This document shows positions 50,066-60,224 of a stretch of 64,000 nt of DNA, in pieces (within the stretch, counting starts at the first letter, position 1; each line of letters opens with the position of its first letter). The stretch lies in the NCBI GenBank assembly GCA_965249485.1, contig OZ252239.1:2528001-2592000 (forward strand), in the 5' to 3' direction. The position numbers and the translations under genes are program-made. A model generated the notes under the pieces. It was not told where the DNA came from, did no database searches, and saw only the letters and a program-made list of their open reading frames with translations. The stretch is from a bacterium. Its GTDB lineage: Bacteria > SM23-31.

Positions 50066-51379
50066 TTAAGCTGAAGCGGACGATTCGTTAAGGGGAATAA
50101 AGAAAATTATTATCATTCCCGGGATAGTCAATAGAGTTGCCACTATAAAAAAATGGTTGTATCCCAACCATTGTTGCAAATACCCACTGACAATACCCGG
50201 AACCATCATGCCAAATGCCATTACACCTGAAGCAATTGCATACAGTGAAGTCTTATATTTTCCTCTGGATATTTGAATCAGAAACATCATGAATGAGGAA
50301 AACCCTGCACCGTATCCGAATTGTTCTACTGCTATTGCTGTGGTTATAAGCTGTAATGTAGGTGTTGAATAAGCAAGATAAACATATACTAAATTTGGGA
50401 CGTTGAGCGCAAATGCCATCGGCCAAATACATTTACGCAATCCATATCGTGCAATAAGCCAACCTCCAGTGATACCTCCAACAATTAAGCTTGTAGATCC
50501 GATCAAGCCCTGAATAATGCCGTATTGTTCAGTCGAAAGTCCTAAACCGCCATCTGAAGGAGTATTTAAGAGAAACGGCGGGACCATTTTTGTAAGCTGT
50601 GCCTCACCAAAACGGTATAAAAAAATAAATGCTAGAATCGGAATAATTTGTTTCTGGGTAAAAAACTCCTTAAATATTTGATAATAATGGTTCAGGAATG
50701 TTGAATACGTTTCTGGTGTTTCTGCATCAACATTGGTCATTTCTGATTTTGGATGCGGTAAATAACGTACATGAAATACATAAACGCAAAGAAATATAAT
50801 GCCGCACAGCGAAAATCCGGTGATCCAGCTTGTGACGATACCAAAATCATTTTCTACTAGTCCAACACAATATATAAGCAATCCTGTTCCAAAAATCATT
50901 GCAATTTTGTAAAATAAGCTCCGAATCCCCACAAAAAAAGCCTGCTGCTTCTGGGATAATGCAAGCATATAGAAACCGTCAATAGCAATATCGTGTGTTG
51001 CAGATACGAATGCTAAAAGGGAAAAAATAATTGCCGTCAGCACAAAAAAGTGAGTTGTGCCAAGTGCAATTGCAATTCCGAAAAATAAAATTACGCAAAG
51101 CAATTGCATACGTAAAAGCCAATTCCTGATGGTAGAATATCTATCGACAACAGGTCCCCAGAACATCTTCACAATCCATGGCCACATAAAAAGGCTCGTA
51201 TATAAACCAATCATTTCATTCGACATACCGAGTTTTGCATACATCGGGACGGAGACGAGATTGACGAGAACATAAGGAAGCCCTTCTGCAAAATAAAGAG
51301 TCGGGATAAATATTAAGGGAGCTCTTCTATCCCCTTCATTATCTGCATTCTCTAAAAAATGGAGTGAATTGAATTTCAT
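50066..51379 (-). CDS. AmpG-family MFS muropeptide transporter
   Basis: LYFAEGLP, PWIVKMFWGPVVD, SATHDIAIDG, YRFGE; start uncertain. Confidence 0.85.
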   Translation of the reverse strand: MKFNSLHFLENADNEGDRRAPLIFIPTLYFAEGLPYVLVNLVSVPMYAKLGMSNEMIGLYTSLFMWPWIVKMFWGPVVDRYSTIRNWLLRMQLLCVILFFGIAIALGTTHFFVLTAIIFSLLAFVSATHDIAIDGFYMLALSQKQQAFFVGIRSLFYKIAMIFGTGLLIYCVGLVENDFGIVTSWITGFSLCGIIFLCVYVFHVRYLPHPKSEMTNVDAETPETYSTFLNHYYQIFKEFFTQKQIIPILAFIFLYRFGEAQLTKMVPPFLLNTPSDGGLGLSTEQYGIIQGLIGSTSLIVGGITGGWLIARYGLRKCIWPMAFALNVPNLVYVYLAYSTPTLQLITTAIAVEQFGYGAGFSSFMMFLIQISRGKYKTSLYAIASGVMAFGMMVPGIVSGYLQQWLGYNHFFIVATLLTIPGMIIIFFIPLNESSASA

Positions 51380-51628
51380 ATTGATTGACATTTTATTCAA
51401 AAGAACAAAAAATAAAAGTACAATGTACTGATGTGAAGGAATATTGGCAAGCAATTAAAAGAATACCAAGACAAGTTGTGATGAATTGTCCGTAAGAAAA
51501 TACTATAGCAATAAAATGATCTCGCTATTAGTACAATTATTCACAACTAGTATTGTTCCACCAAAAGATTTTTAGTATATTGCTATTAATAATCCCATAG
51601 AACATCCTTTATTTGTTAAGGAGCAGAT

Positions 51629-52672
51629 ATGAGATACGAATATGAAAATGACATTGACGTAGATACAATCAATGTTGTACAATTCGGACTTGGGCCTATC
51701 GGTATAAATGCGGTAAAAGAGGCTATGAAAAAGGATATTGTCACTATAGTGGGTGCTGTTGATATTGACCCTGACTTAATAGGAAAAGATTTGGTCGAGG
51801 TACTTGAAATATCGCAAAATCTCGATATATGAGTAGTGAAAAGCATTAAAGAGGTATTTGAGCAGTCACGTGTTGATATCGTATTACATACGACAACATC
51901 CTTTGTGGAATCGACATTTTATGAATTTAAAGAAATCATGGAAGGCGGTGCCAATGTTGTTTCGACTACAGAAGAGCTGTTCCTCCCCGATCTGAAGAAT
52001 TCTCAATTGGCACGTGAACTTGATGCTATCGCCAAAGTGAACAATGTTACTTGTCTGGGAACGGGAATCAATCCGGGATTCGTAATGGATACGCTTGCTG
52101 TTTGTCTTACAGGTGTGTGCAATGAGGTTGAACACATTTATGCAGAACGAGTAGTCAATGCAGCGACTCGCCGTGGCTCTCTTCAGAAAAAAGTCGGTGC
52201 CGGTCTTACCGTTGAACAGTTCCGTAATCTTGCTGATCTGGGAAAATTGGGTCATCGAGGCATGAAAGAATCGATCGCCTTTATCGCTCGTGGTCTTGGC
52301 TGGCAGCTTGATACTATTGAAGAGACACTAGATCCAATGGTCTCGGAAAAGGACATAATAACTAATATTGTCGAGATTAAGAGTGGACATGCTGCAGGTA
52401 TAAAAAATATTGGTGTAGGATACAATAGTGGCAAAGAACTAATAAAACTTGATCTCCGTATGTATGTCGGAGCTGATAATCCTCATGATTTTATCAAAAT
52501 TACCGGAAACCCACCGATCGAATTGATTGTTACAAATGGATTTGCCGGAGATATTGCAACGGTAGCCAGCCTCGTGAACAGTATTCCGCGTGTGATGAAA
52601 GCTCCACCGGGATTATTTACTATGATGGATCTTCCCCTGCCAAGGATATTTCAGGGCAAAGCAAATTATTGA
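51629..52672 (+). CDS. 2,4-diaminopentanoate dehydrogenase / DapB-like NAD(P) oxidoreductase with in-frame TGA at 51830-51832
   Basis: VVQFGLGPIG, GAVDIDP, NVVSTTEEL, LGTGINPGFVMD, GDIATVA, PGLFTMMDLP. The two ORF pieces are in frame (LDI*VVKS). Confidence 0.8.
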
Positions 52673-52721
52673 TTCTAGTAGCAAGGAAAGATGGGTAACT
52701 TCGAAGGTGATAATAAAGCAC

Positions 52722-54077
52722 TTAATTGTATTGTACCGTATAGTTGATAGTTGCGGAAGATTCAGGTTCCACAGTCACATGAAATTCGGCTGTCTGTGCG
52801 TCAAGTACAGTAAAGGTGATTGAACTATTAAGAATTCTCCATTCCCCATAATTAAACGATTCACGGACAATAATTTCTCTCACCTCACCGTTACCGTTCG
52901 TCAATTCAATTTCATATGTCTCTTCCCTACCCCGGTCGCCTATTCTTCTGAAATTCTTTTGAATACGTTTGCCGGTCAAGTCAAATGCTGTACCAGTTTG
53001 TATTGTTATACGTCCGTTAAGGGGAGTGTTCAAAATTTTATCCTCACCAATCAATATCTTCCCATTTTCTCCTTTTTGATACAAACGGACAAAACCACCA
53101 GGAACAGCTTCACCAAATCCATTAGTTTTATCATTCGTGAATTCGAGGACATTGATTACTTTCTCACCATACTGTGCAGTTGCAAATATAAATTTTTCGT
53201 CTATACGCGCTGTTTTTTCCGGGAATAAACGTATTTCCTGATTGCTATTATTTACGAATTGCAATGGTGATTTTAACGTATAGGTATGAAAAATATTGGT
53301 GTCATTGTCTTGAAAATCAGACTGTGGAATATCAGACATAGCTAACATTGATCTGGTTTCTGGATATAAAGGAACGCCTGCTGGTGCTCTGTGCACTTCA
53401 CCTGCAATAAGAACAACAGATTGTGCACTGAATTGTTTGTCAGAATTATTTTTGACATAGGCCCATGAGGAAATGCTTAATTCTTGTCTGTCCGAATCAT
53501 AGATACCTATATATTTCCCACTCCATGAAATAGTATTAAGTAAATAATGAAGTTTCACATCTGTTTCACCGTTTCTGCGGCTTTCGGCAGAAAAGGTTAT
53601 ATGTGGTAGCAAGGAACCCTCCTGCGTACTATCCTCAATAGAGAATGATTCAATTCTGCTACGATTGATTGAGGTAAATTTGTCTTCTATCCGAATGATA
53701 ATATCATTTTGGCTAATACCGTAATACACACCGTCGATTTTTTGACCGTTTACTAATATAATACTTATTCTCTTTCCAAGACTCGCATCAAGCAATTGTA
53801 AAAAATTGAATGTATTATTACGGTACTCTTGTCCGACAATTTCAATGTCATTGTCAGGTATCTCAAGATATATACTTTCAATCTGAATATCATTTGGCAG
53901 GTTATCAAGTATGTATGAGTGAGTTCCCTGATAAATGTCTACACGCCTTGTCTCTTGAACAGAAGCAAAATTATTATAAATAATAAAATTATCTACATTC
54001 TGCTGATAAGCAAATGTAAGTTGTGCAGTGGCAAGCATTGAAGATATGCAAAAAATAACTTTATAAAATGATTTCAT
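52722..54077 (-). CDS. DUF4139 domain exported protein
   Basis: Signal peptide, IYNNFASVQETR, ISWSGKY, PGGFVRLY, GTAFDL. Confidence 0.8.
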   Translation of the reverse strand: MKSFYKVIFCISSMLATAQLTFAYQQNVDNFIIYNNFASVQETRRVDIYQGTHSYILDNLPNDIQIESIYLEIPDNDIEIVGQEYRNNTFNFLQLLDASLGKRISIILVNGQKIDGVYYGISQNDIIIRIEDKFTSINRSRIESFSIEDSTQEGSLLPHITFSAESRRNGETDVKLHYLLNTISWSGKYIGIYDSDRQELSISSWAYVKNNSDKQFSAQSVVLIAGEVHRAPAGVPLYPETRSMLAMSDIPQSDFQDNDTNIFHTYTLKSPLQFVNNSNQEIRLFPEKTARIDEKFIFATAQYGEKVINVLEFTNDKTNGFGEAVPGGFVRLYQKGENGKILIGEDKILNTPLNGRITIQTGTAFDLTGKRIQKNFRRIGDRGREETYEIELTNGNGEVREIIVRESFNYGEWRILNSSITFTVLDAQTAEFHVTVEPESSATINYTVQYN

Positions 54078-56734
54078 TATAGCTCCAATGCATTTAAATT
54101 ATCCTGAAGCTTTTTTTTGTTAGTAGAAAATGTGTCCAATTTTATCCGTTCCCGCTCTATAATATTTTCGGGAGCTCTTTCTAAAAAGTTTTTATCTGAT
54201 AATTTTCTGCTGAGCGAATTAATCTGGCTGTCAAGACGTTCTACTTCTTTATACAGTCTATTATGCTCGCTCTCGATATCAATGAGATTTTCAAGTGGGA
54301 TATGTATCTCCAGTTCAGGTAATACTGCGGTTGCAGATTTAGCGGGTTTTACGGTATCAGTTCCCATTGATATATCTGATATACTGCCTAACCGGTAAAG
54401 ATATTCACTGTTATTTTGAATAGTTTTGAGCAGATTGGTGTCGCTGCATCGGATCAGCAGCTCAGCTTTTTTCGTTGGCGGAATGCGCATCTCACCCCGA
54501 ATATTTCGGATAGCGTACAGAATATCCTGAACAAATTTCATCTCAGCTTCACTTTTGGGATCAATCTTTGTGGTATCATAACTACCAACATCTGTTACCA
54601 TTATGGACGATGAATTTTCACCGTTTGCCATATTGTGCCAAATTTCCTCAGTAATAAAGGGCATAAATGGGTGGAGAAGCTCCATCGTCTTACGAAGTGT
54701 CGGCAGTGCTACATGTTTTAATGAGTATGCTGCACCCGGAGATTGTGAAATAAGCCTGTCTTTCAAAAATTCGATATACCAATCACAGAATTCATGCCAT
54801 AAGAATGAGTAAATAGCGTTGAGAGCTTCATTGAGCTTATAATTTGCAAACTTCTCATCAACTTCTTTCCATACGGAATGTAAACGGCTGATGATCCACT
54901 TGTCAGCAAGGCTACTCGGTGTTTCCTTTCCATTATCAGACAACACCGTTTCGTTCAATTCACTTTCTTTGATCTTCAAAAATCGGAACGCATTCCAGAT
55001 TTTATTCGCAAAGTTTCTCCCCATCTCGAATTTCTGAGAAGAAAGCTTTATGTCCTGCCCTTCAGTAGAGAGAGCAACAAGTGAATACCTTACTGCATCT
55101 GCCCCATACTTATCAATCATCTCAATCGGATCAATCCCGTTGCCGAGCGATTTTGACATGATTCTACCAATCTCATCTTTTATCATTCCGGTTATATATA
55201 CATTCCGAAAAGGCTCTTTTCCAATAAACCAAAGGCCGGCCATAATCATTCTGGCAATCCAAAAAAATAAAATATCGTATCCAGATACCAATACTGAAGT
55301 GGGATAGAAATATTTCATATCGTTTGATTCATCTGGCCAGTTTAATGTAGAAAATGGCCAGAGCCAGGATGAAAACCAGGTATCAAGCACATCTTCATCC
55401 TGATGTATGGAGTGTGAACCGCAGTGCTCACAAATATCAGGATCTTCTTTAGGAACTGTAATTTTGCTGCAGGAATCACAGTACCAGACCGGAATTCTGT
55501 GCCCCCACCACAATTGCCGGGATATACACCAGTCACGAATATTGTCCATCCAATAGAAGAAATCCTTCTCCCATTTGGGCGGATAGAATGAAATATCTCC
55601 GTTTTTCACAGAATCGATCGCTTTTTCTGCAAGTGGTTTCATTTTAAGAAACCACTGTTCGGACAATAATGGTTCGATTGTTGTCAGACATCGGTAACAT
55701 TGTCCGACATTGTGATTATGTGTCTCGGTTTTAATGAGAAGACCGATATTTTCAAGATCGGAAATCAGTTTTTTACGGCAATCATATCGTGACATACCCT
55801 CAAAATCTTTACCGGCATCAGCGGTCATATTTCCTGTTTCACCAATCACGACAATTTTCTGGAGATTATGCCGCTGGCCAATGTCGAAATCGTTTGGATC
55901 GTGAGCAGGTGTTACTTTCACTGCTCCCGAACCGAATTCGGAATCAACAAATTCATCAGATATAATAGGAATTTCACGGTTAACAAAGGGAAGTGTTACC
56001 GTATTGCCGACGATGTCTTTATAACGTTCATCTTCGGGATGAACAGCAACAGCCGTATCTCCCAGCATTGTTTCTGGCCGAGTTGTGGCTATTGAAATAT
56101 GTCCACTTTTATCCGTGAGTGGATAATTAATATACCAGAGGTTGCCCTCAACTTCTTCGTGCTTTACCTCTTCATCAGACAAAGCTGTTTTATGGAAGGG
56201 ACACCAGTTAACAATATAATTACCACGATAAATGAGACCTTGCTCATACAACAGGACAAAAACAGTTCTGACAGCCCGCGACGTCCCCTCATCCATCGTA
56301 AAACGTTCACGCTCCCAATCTAATGAACTACCGAGTTTTTCCTGCTGTTTCTGTATAATGTTGCCATGTTTTTCTTTCCACTTCCATACTTCGTCAATGA
56401 AAGCGTTACGGCCTAGTTGTTCAAGGTCGACTCCTTCTTCACGGAGTTTCTTTCCAACAACATTTTCTGTGCCAATTCCTGCATGGTCGGTGCCGGGTAT
56501 CCAAAGAGCAGGCCTCCTTTTAAGACGGTGATACCTGATTAGGGTATCCTGTATGGTGTTTTGGAGAGCATGTCCCATATGGAGTACACCAGTAACGTTC
56601 GGCGGCGGAAGTACAATAGTAAAAGGTTGTTTATTTGAATCGATTTCAGCATGAAAGTAGTTTTGTTTTAACCAAAAATCGTACCATTTGGTTTCGATAT
56701 CTTTGGGATCGTAATGTTTTGCTATTATCGTCAT
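54077..56734 (-). CDS. valS: Valine--tRNA ligase
   Basis: PPPNVTGVLHMGH, DWCISRQLWWGH, MSKS, C-terminal coiled coil. Confidence 0.98.
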   Translation of the reverse strand: MTIIAKHYDPKDIETKWYDFWLKQNYFHAEIDSNKQPFTIVLPPPNVTGVLHMGHALQNTIQDTLIRYHRLKRRPALWIPGTDHAGIGTENVVGKKLREEGVDLEQLGRNAFIDEVWKWKEKHGNIIQKQQEKLGSSLDWERERFTMDEGTSRAVRTVFVLLYEQGLIYRGNYIVNWCPFHKTALSDEEVKHEEVEGNLWYINYPLTDKSGHISIATTRPETMLGDTAVAVHPEDERYKDIVGNTVTLPFVNREIPIISDEFVDSEFGSGAVKVTPAHDPNDFDIGQRHNLQKIVVIGETGNMTADAGKDFEGMSRYDCRKKLISDLENIGLLIKTETHNHNVGQCYRCLTTIEPLLSEQWFLKMKPLAEKAIDSVKNGDISFYPPKWEKDFFYWMDNIRDWCISRQLWWGHRIPVWYCDSCSKITVPKEDPDICEHCGSHSIHQDEDVLDTWFSSWLWPFSTLNWPDESNDMKYFYPTSVLVSGYDILFFWIARMIMAGLWFIGKEPFRNVYITGMIKDEIGRIMSKSLGNGIDPIEMIDKYGADAVRYSLVALSTEGQDIKLSSQKFEMGRNFANKIWNAFRFLKIKESELNETVLSDNGKETPSSLADKWIISRLHSVWKEVDEKFANYKLNEALNAIYSFLWHEFCDWYIEFLKDRLISQSPGAAYSLKHVALPTLRKTMELLHPFMPFITEEIWHNMANGENSSSIMVTDVGSYDTTKIDPKSEAEMKFVQDILYAIRNIRGEMRIPPTKKAELLIRCSDTNLLKTIQNNSEYLYRLGSISDISMGTDTVKPAKSATAVLPELEIHIPLENLIDIESEHNRLYKEVERLDSQINSLSRKLSDKNFLERAPENIIERERIKLDTFSTNKKKLQDNLNALEL

Positions 56735-56813
56735 CGTTTTCTTATAATATTTAAATTAGAACAAGTTAAAATTTAAGAGTAATTCATGAAAAAATCAATT
56801 AAAATCAAAAATT

Positions 56814-56838
56814 AAAAATGCAGCCTAAGAGCTGCATT
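56814..56838 (-). terminator. Intrinsic terminator after the cNMP-binding gene
   Basis: Minus strand AATGCAGC-TCTTAG-GCTGCATTTTT. Confidence 0.65.
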
Positions 56839-56881
56839 GAATTTTCAAAATATTATTACTACGATTAATAGAAAGTAATTA

Positions 56882-57652
56882 TTAAATACTTATCATACCA
56901 AGCTCGTCATGTCTATCCTTGTGCAAGGTTTCGAATAATTTGAGAAATTTCTCTGTCTGTTCGGAAGTTATATCAGGGATTTGCTCTTTTACAACTTCTA
57001 AATCACCAGAATCAGTATACACATTATAAAATAGTAGAAACTGGTCGAGTTCTAAATTATTTTTGACTATTACTTTGTCAGTTTCAGATTCAAATTCAAT
57101 AAGTTGCACCCCAATATAATTCTGTAAATATTTTTCAAGTGTGCTGTGTGCCACTCCTAATATTACATGTATCCTGTTGATAAGAAATTCCTTGTTCACT
57201 GCTACAGAATTTTCAGTGTAAGTGCCGTATTGGACACTGATAAGATGCAGTAATTGGAGAACACTGAAATTGAGACCGTATTTAAACTGTGATATAACTT
57301 TAGCATTCATTTCACGCAGGCGGTCCACCATAACCTCAAACATATTTCCAAACCATTCGGGTAACTGTTTGATCTGTGTTTTAAAACTTCCTTCGCTGAT
57401 CACAATGGCCTTTAAATCAGTTGCTGCGCGAACAGTAGCTGTTCGTGCAGCTTCTCTAAACAGAGCAATCTCCCCAAAAAAATCACCGGGATGAAGCTGG
57501 GCAAGTATCACTTCGTCTTCAAGAATATTCTTAACTACTTCCGCATGCCCTGAGGTAATTATGTAAAGATCTTTATCTCTATCGCCTTCGTAAAATATCA
57601 CATCTCCTTTTTGAAAGCTCTTGACATCGCTCGGCATATAATCATCAGACAT
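56882..57652 (-). CDS. Cyclic nucleotide-binding domain protein (Crp/Fnr-like)
   Basis: FQKGDVIFYEGD, LYIITSG, GDFFGEIAL, RTATVRA. Confidence 0.85.
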   Translation of the reverse strand: MSDDYMPSDVKSFQKGDVIFYEGDRDKDLYIITSGHAEVVKNILEDEVILAQLHPGDFFGEIALFREAARTATVRAATDLKAIVISEGSFKTQIKQLPEWFGNMFEVMVDRLREMNAKVISQFKYGLNFSVLQLLHLISVQYGTYTENSVAVNKEFLINRIHVILGVAHSTLEKYLQNYIGVQLIEFESETDKVIVKNNLELDQFLLFYNVYTDSGDLEVVKEQIPDITSEQTEKFLKLFETLHKDRHDELGMISI

Positions 57653-57826
57653 AACTTCATCTCCCCATTTATAAAATCAAAAATATGGTTAATGTGACAG
57701 ATGATGGTAAGACTAAAACAGAAAGGGTAATTGGATATGAAAATTTGGTTACAATCTGATTTCTTAGGCAAATATATATAAATATATATGATAATCCAAA
57801 ACAAATAGCAGCATTCAGAATCTACA

Positions 57827-58303
57827 CTAATCTTTACGAGCGCCCCAACTGAGGACTTCTATTTTCACTTCCGCGAGACCGTCAATTAGGAAATCAAGTT
57901 CTTCAGCTGCTTTTTTTGATAAATCAAGTATTCTTCCTTCTATAAAGGGACCCCGGTCGTTTACACGTAGGATGACCTTCCGGTTGTTTTTGAAATTTGT
58001 GACTCGTATCCAACTTCCAAGCGGAAACTCTTTATGAGCAGCAGAGAGTTTATTCATATCATAAACTTCTCCGTTTGCTGTTTTTCGGCCATGAAATTTC
58101 TGACCGTACCATGATGATGTGCCTGATACCGTAAAAAGGCTTGGAGCATTTGACAAACTTTTTGCAATATTTCTATCATCACCAGATGAGGGTATAATGA
58201 CTGCAGAACCTGACCGGTATCGAGGTGATATCGCACATTGAATCATGAGTAATGAAAGCGAGAAAACAAAAATGACCCGTAAAAGGAGTAAAGGAATGAG
58301 CAT
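57827..58303 (-). CDS. rlpA: Septal ring lytic transglycosylase RlpA family lipoprotein
   Basis: SWYGQKFHGRKTANGE, AAHK, VNDRGPF, RILDLS. Confidence 0.93.
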   Translation of the reverse strand: MLIPLLLLRVIFVFSLSLLMIQCAISPRYRSGSAVIIPSSGDDRNIAKSLSNAPSLFTVSGTSSWYGQKFHGRKTANGEVYDMNKLSAAHKEFPLGSWIRVTNFKNNRKVILRVNDRGPFIEGRILDLSKKAAEELDFLIDGLAEVKIEVLSWGARKD

Positions 58304-58313
58304 AAAGGTTCTA

Positions 58314-59228
58314 CTATGTTAACAAAGAGCCGGTTATATTAGATATTTTGGTAATCCCATTTTCACTTGCATACTTTTTGAGATCAGTAAGAATCTCAAG
58401 AGGAGCTTGGGGATTAACATAATTGATTGTACCCAATTGTACTGCTGCTGCACCGCACATCAAAAACTCAAGAACATCATTTGCTGTGCTTATCCCTCCA
58501 ATTCCTATTATTGGAATAGTTAACTTCTTACTCGTCTGATAAATCATAGCCAATGCTACGGGCTTGATTGCAGGACCGGATAGTCCCCCGGTCACGTTGG
58601 CTAGATCAGACCGTTTTTTTTTGATATTAACGCTCATGCCGACCAGTGTATTAATCATCGAAACGGCATCAGCCCCTGCATCCTCGACTGCCTGTGCTAT
58701 TACTGTGATATCTGTAACATTAGGTGTCAATTTGGGAATTACTAACCGTTTTGTCCGCTTTTTAATCTCAGTAACGATTGCGGCTGCACGGTTAGGATCG
58801 ACACTAAAATCTAGTCCTCCCGCAACATTCGGACACGACAAATTAACCTCATATCCATCAATGCCTTCACATTTTTCTAATCTTTCCGCAAGATAAATAA
58901 AATCACTATCCGACTCCCCGGCTATATTGACTATGATACGGGACGATATTTCCTGCAAAAATGGCAATTTTTCATTGATGAACCGGTCAATACCAACATT
59001 CGCGAGCCCGATCGCATTAAGCATTCCTGCAGAAGTTTCCGCTATGCGAGGCGGTTTGTTTCCCGGTCTTTCCAGCCGTGTTATGGTTTTTGTAACTATT
59101 CCGCCCAATATTCCAACATCATACAATCCCGCAACTTCAGAACCGTATCCAAATGTACCAGATGCTGTTAATAAAGGGTTTTTGAAAGCAACTTGGCCTA
59201 TTTTTATGGAATATTCAGTCATTTTCAA
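58314..59228 (-). CDS. pyrD: Dihydroorotate dehydrogenase B catalytic subunit
   Basis: ASGTFGYG, NAIGLAN, NLSCPN, KLTPNVTDI, GGLSGPAIKP. Confidence 0.96.
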   Translation of the reverse strand: MKMTEYSIKIGQVAFKNPLLTASGTFGYGSEVAGLYDVGILGGIVTKTITRLERPGNKPPRIAETSAGMLNAIGLANVGIDRFINEKLPFLQEISSRIIVNIAGESDSDFIYLAERLEKCEGIDGYEVNLSCPNVAGGLDFSVDPNRAAAIVTEIKKRTKRLVIPKLTPNVTDITVIAQAVEDAGADAVSMINTLVGMSVNIKKKRSDLANVTGGLSGPAIKPVALAMIYQTSKKLTIPIIGIGGISTANDVLEFLMCGAAAVQLGTINYVNPQAPLEILTDLKKYASENGITKISNITGSLLT

Positions 59229-60048
59229 TTATTACTTCATTTTCGGAAAACACAGGGCCGTCCACGCATACAAGATGATATCCGCACTGTTTTCCGTCAT
59301 TTCCAGTCTTTGGCATGACACAGCCCTGGCATATTCCAATACCACATGCCATTATTGTTTCTACAGATAGTCGAGCAGGAATGTTGTATTCAAGTGACAA
59401 GCGCTGAACGGCTGCAAGCATCGGTATTGGACCACATGCAATTATACAGGTATCTTGTTTATCCGTTACTAGGCTTAAGTGATTTTTAAATGGTTCAGTC
59501 ACGAGGCCTTTAATGCCGTAACTACCATCATCGGTTGTCGTCGAGAGATCAATATTCAGATTGGATAATTCATCATTAAGGAGTACTTGACTTTTGTCTG
59601 CACAACCCGAAAACAAATGAATGTTTTTCTGTGCTAGATTAAGTGTGTTGATTAAATAAAATAGTGGCGGAAGACCAACTCCACCAGCAACCAAAATGAG
59701 ATTTTTGTACTTATTTATTTGAAATGTGTTACCCAACGGACCAAAAAGTCCGACACTATCTCCTACCTTCTTTTGCGAAAGTATGTCAGTTGCTTCACCG
59801 AATAGTTTAAACAGAACAGAAACTGAGCCTTTGGATTTGTCTGCCGACAGGATACTCATTGGCCGGGGCAAAAAGGGTGTGAATGCGTCGGCAATCCTGA
59901 TCTGAACAAATTGTCCAGGTTGAGCTATCCGACCCATGTCGGATGATTCATATTCATGAATAAATGCATTAGAAGCGATTTTTTGAATAGAACGTATTAT
60001 ACACGTTTGCTGAAAAAGAGTTTTGTTTGTTGTAGTTTTAATCATCAT
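59215..60048 (-). CDS. pyrK: Dihydroorotate dehydrogenase B electron transfer subunit
   Basis: PGQFV, RPMS, GPLGN, GGVGLPP, TDDGS, ACGP, MACGIGICQGC, CVDGPVF. Confidence 0.95.
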   Translation of the reverse strand: MMIKTTTNKTLFQQTCIIRSIQKIASNAFIHEYESSDMGRIAQPGQFVQIRIADAFTPFLPRPMSILSADKSKGSVSVLFKLFGEATDILSQKKVGDSVGLFGPLGNTFQINKYKNLILVAGGVGLPPLFYLINTLNLAQKNIHLFSGCADKSQVLLNDELSNLNIDLSTTTDDGSYGIKGLVTEPFKNHLSLVTDKQDTCIIACGPIPMLAAVQRLSLEYNIPARLSVETIMACGIGICQGCVMPKTGNDGKQCGYHLVCVDGPVFSENEVIIEND

Positions 60049-60067
60049 TCCTAATTCAATTACATAC

Positions 60068-60098
60068 AAAAAAGCCGAGATGAATGAATCTCGGACTT
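60068..60098 (-). terminator. Intrinsic terminator inside the pyrK 5' leader
   Basis: Minus strand CCGAGAT-TCATTC-ATCTCGG-CTTTTTT, ending about 20 nt before the pyrK start. Confidence 0.75.
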
Positions 60099-60159
60099 CA
60101 AAGGGATCGTAATAGCATTTATGCTCAAGAATCGGTTAAATCGTGTTTTGGTTTTACAT

Positions 60160-60188
60160 AATATATTAATTGATGTCCTGATATTCAA
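60160..60188 (-). promoter_or_regulatory. Putative sigma70 promoter of pyrK-pyrD
   Basis: Minus strand TTGAAT-N17-TATATT. Confidence 0.55.
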
Positions 60189-60224
60189 GTTTTTTCTGCT
60201 CCGATCTAATCTGAAAAATTGAAT

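Noticed and set aside
51529..51546. Rex-like box TAGTACA-N4-TTCACAA upstream of the dehydrogenase
   Set aside because: Only one half-site matches (4/7 on the left); not distinguishable from chance.
51871..51898. Hairpin TGTTG..TCGTAT-TAC-ATACGA-CAACA as SECIS for TGA 51830
   Set aside because: The loop is about 52 nt from the UGA and has no G; too distant for a typical bacterial SECIS.
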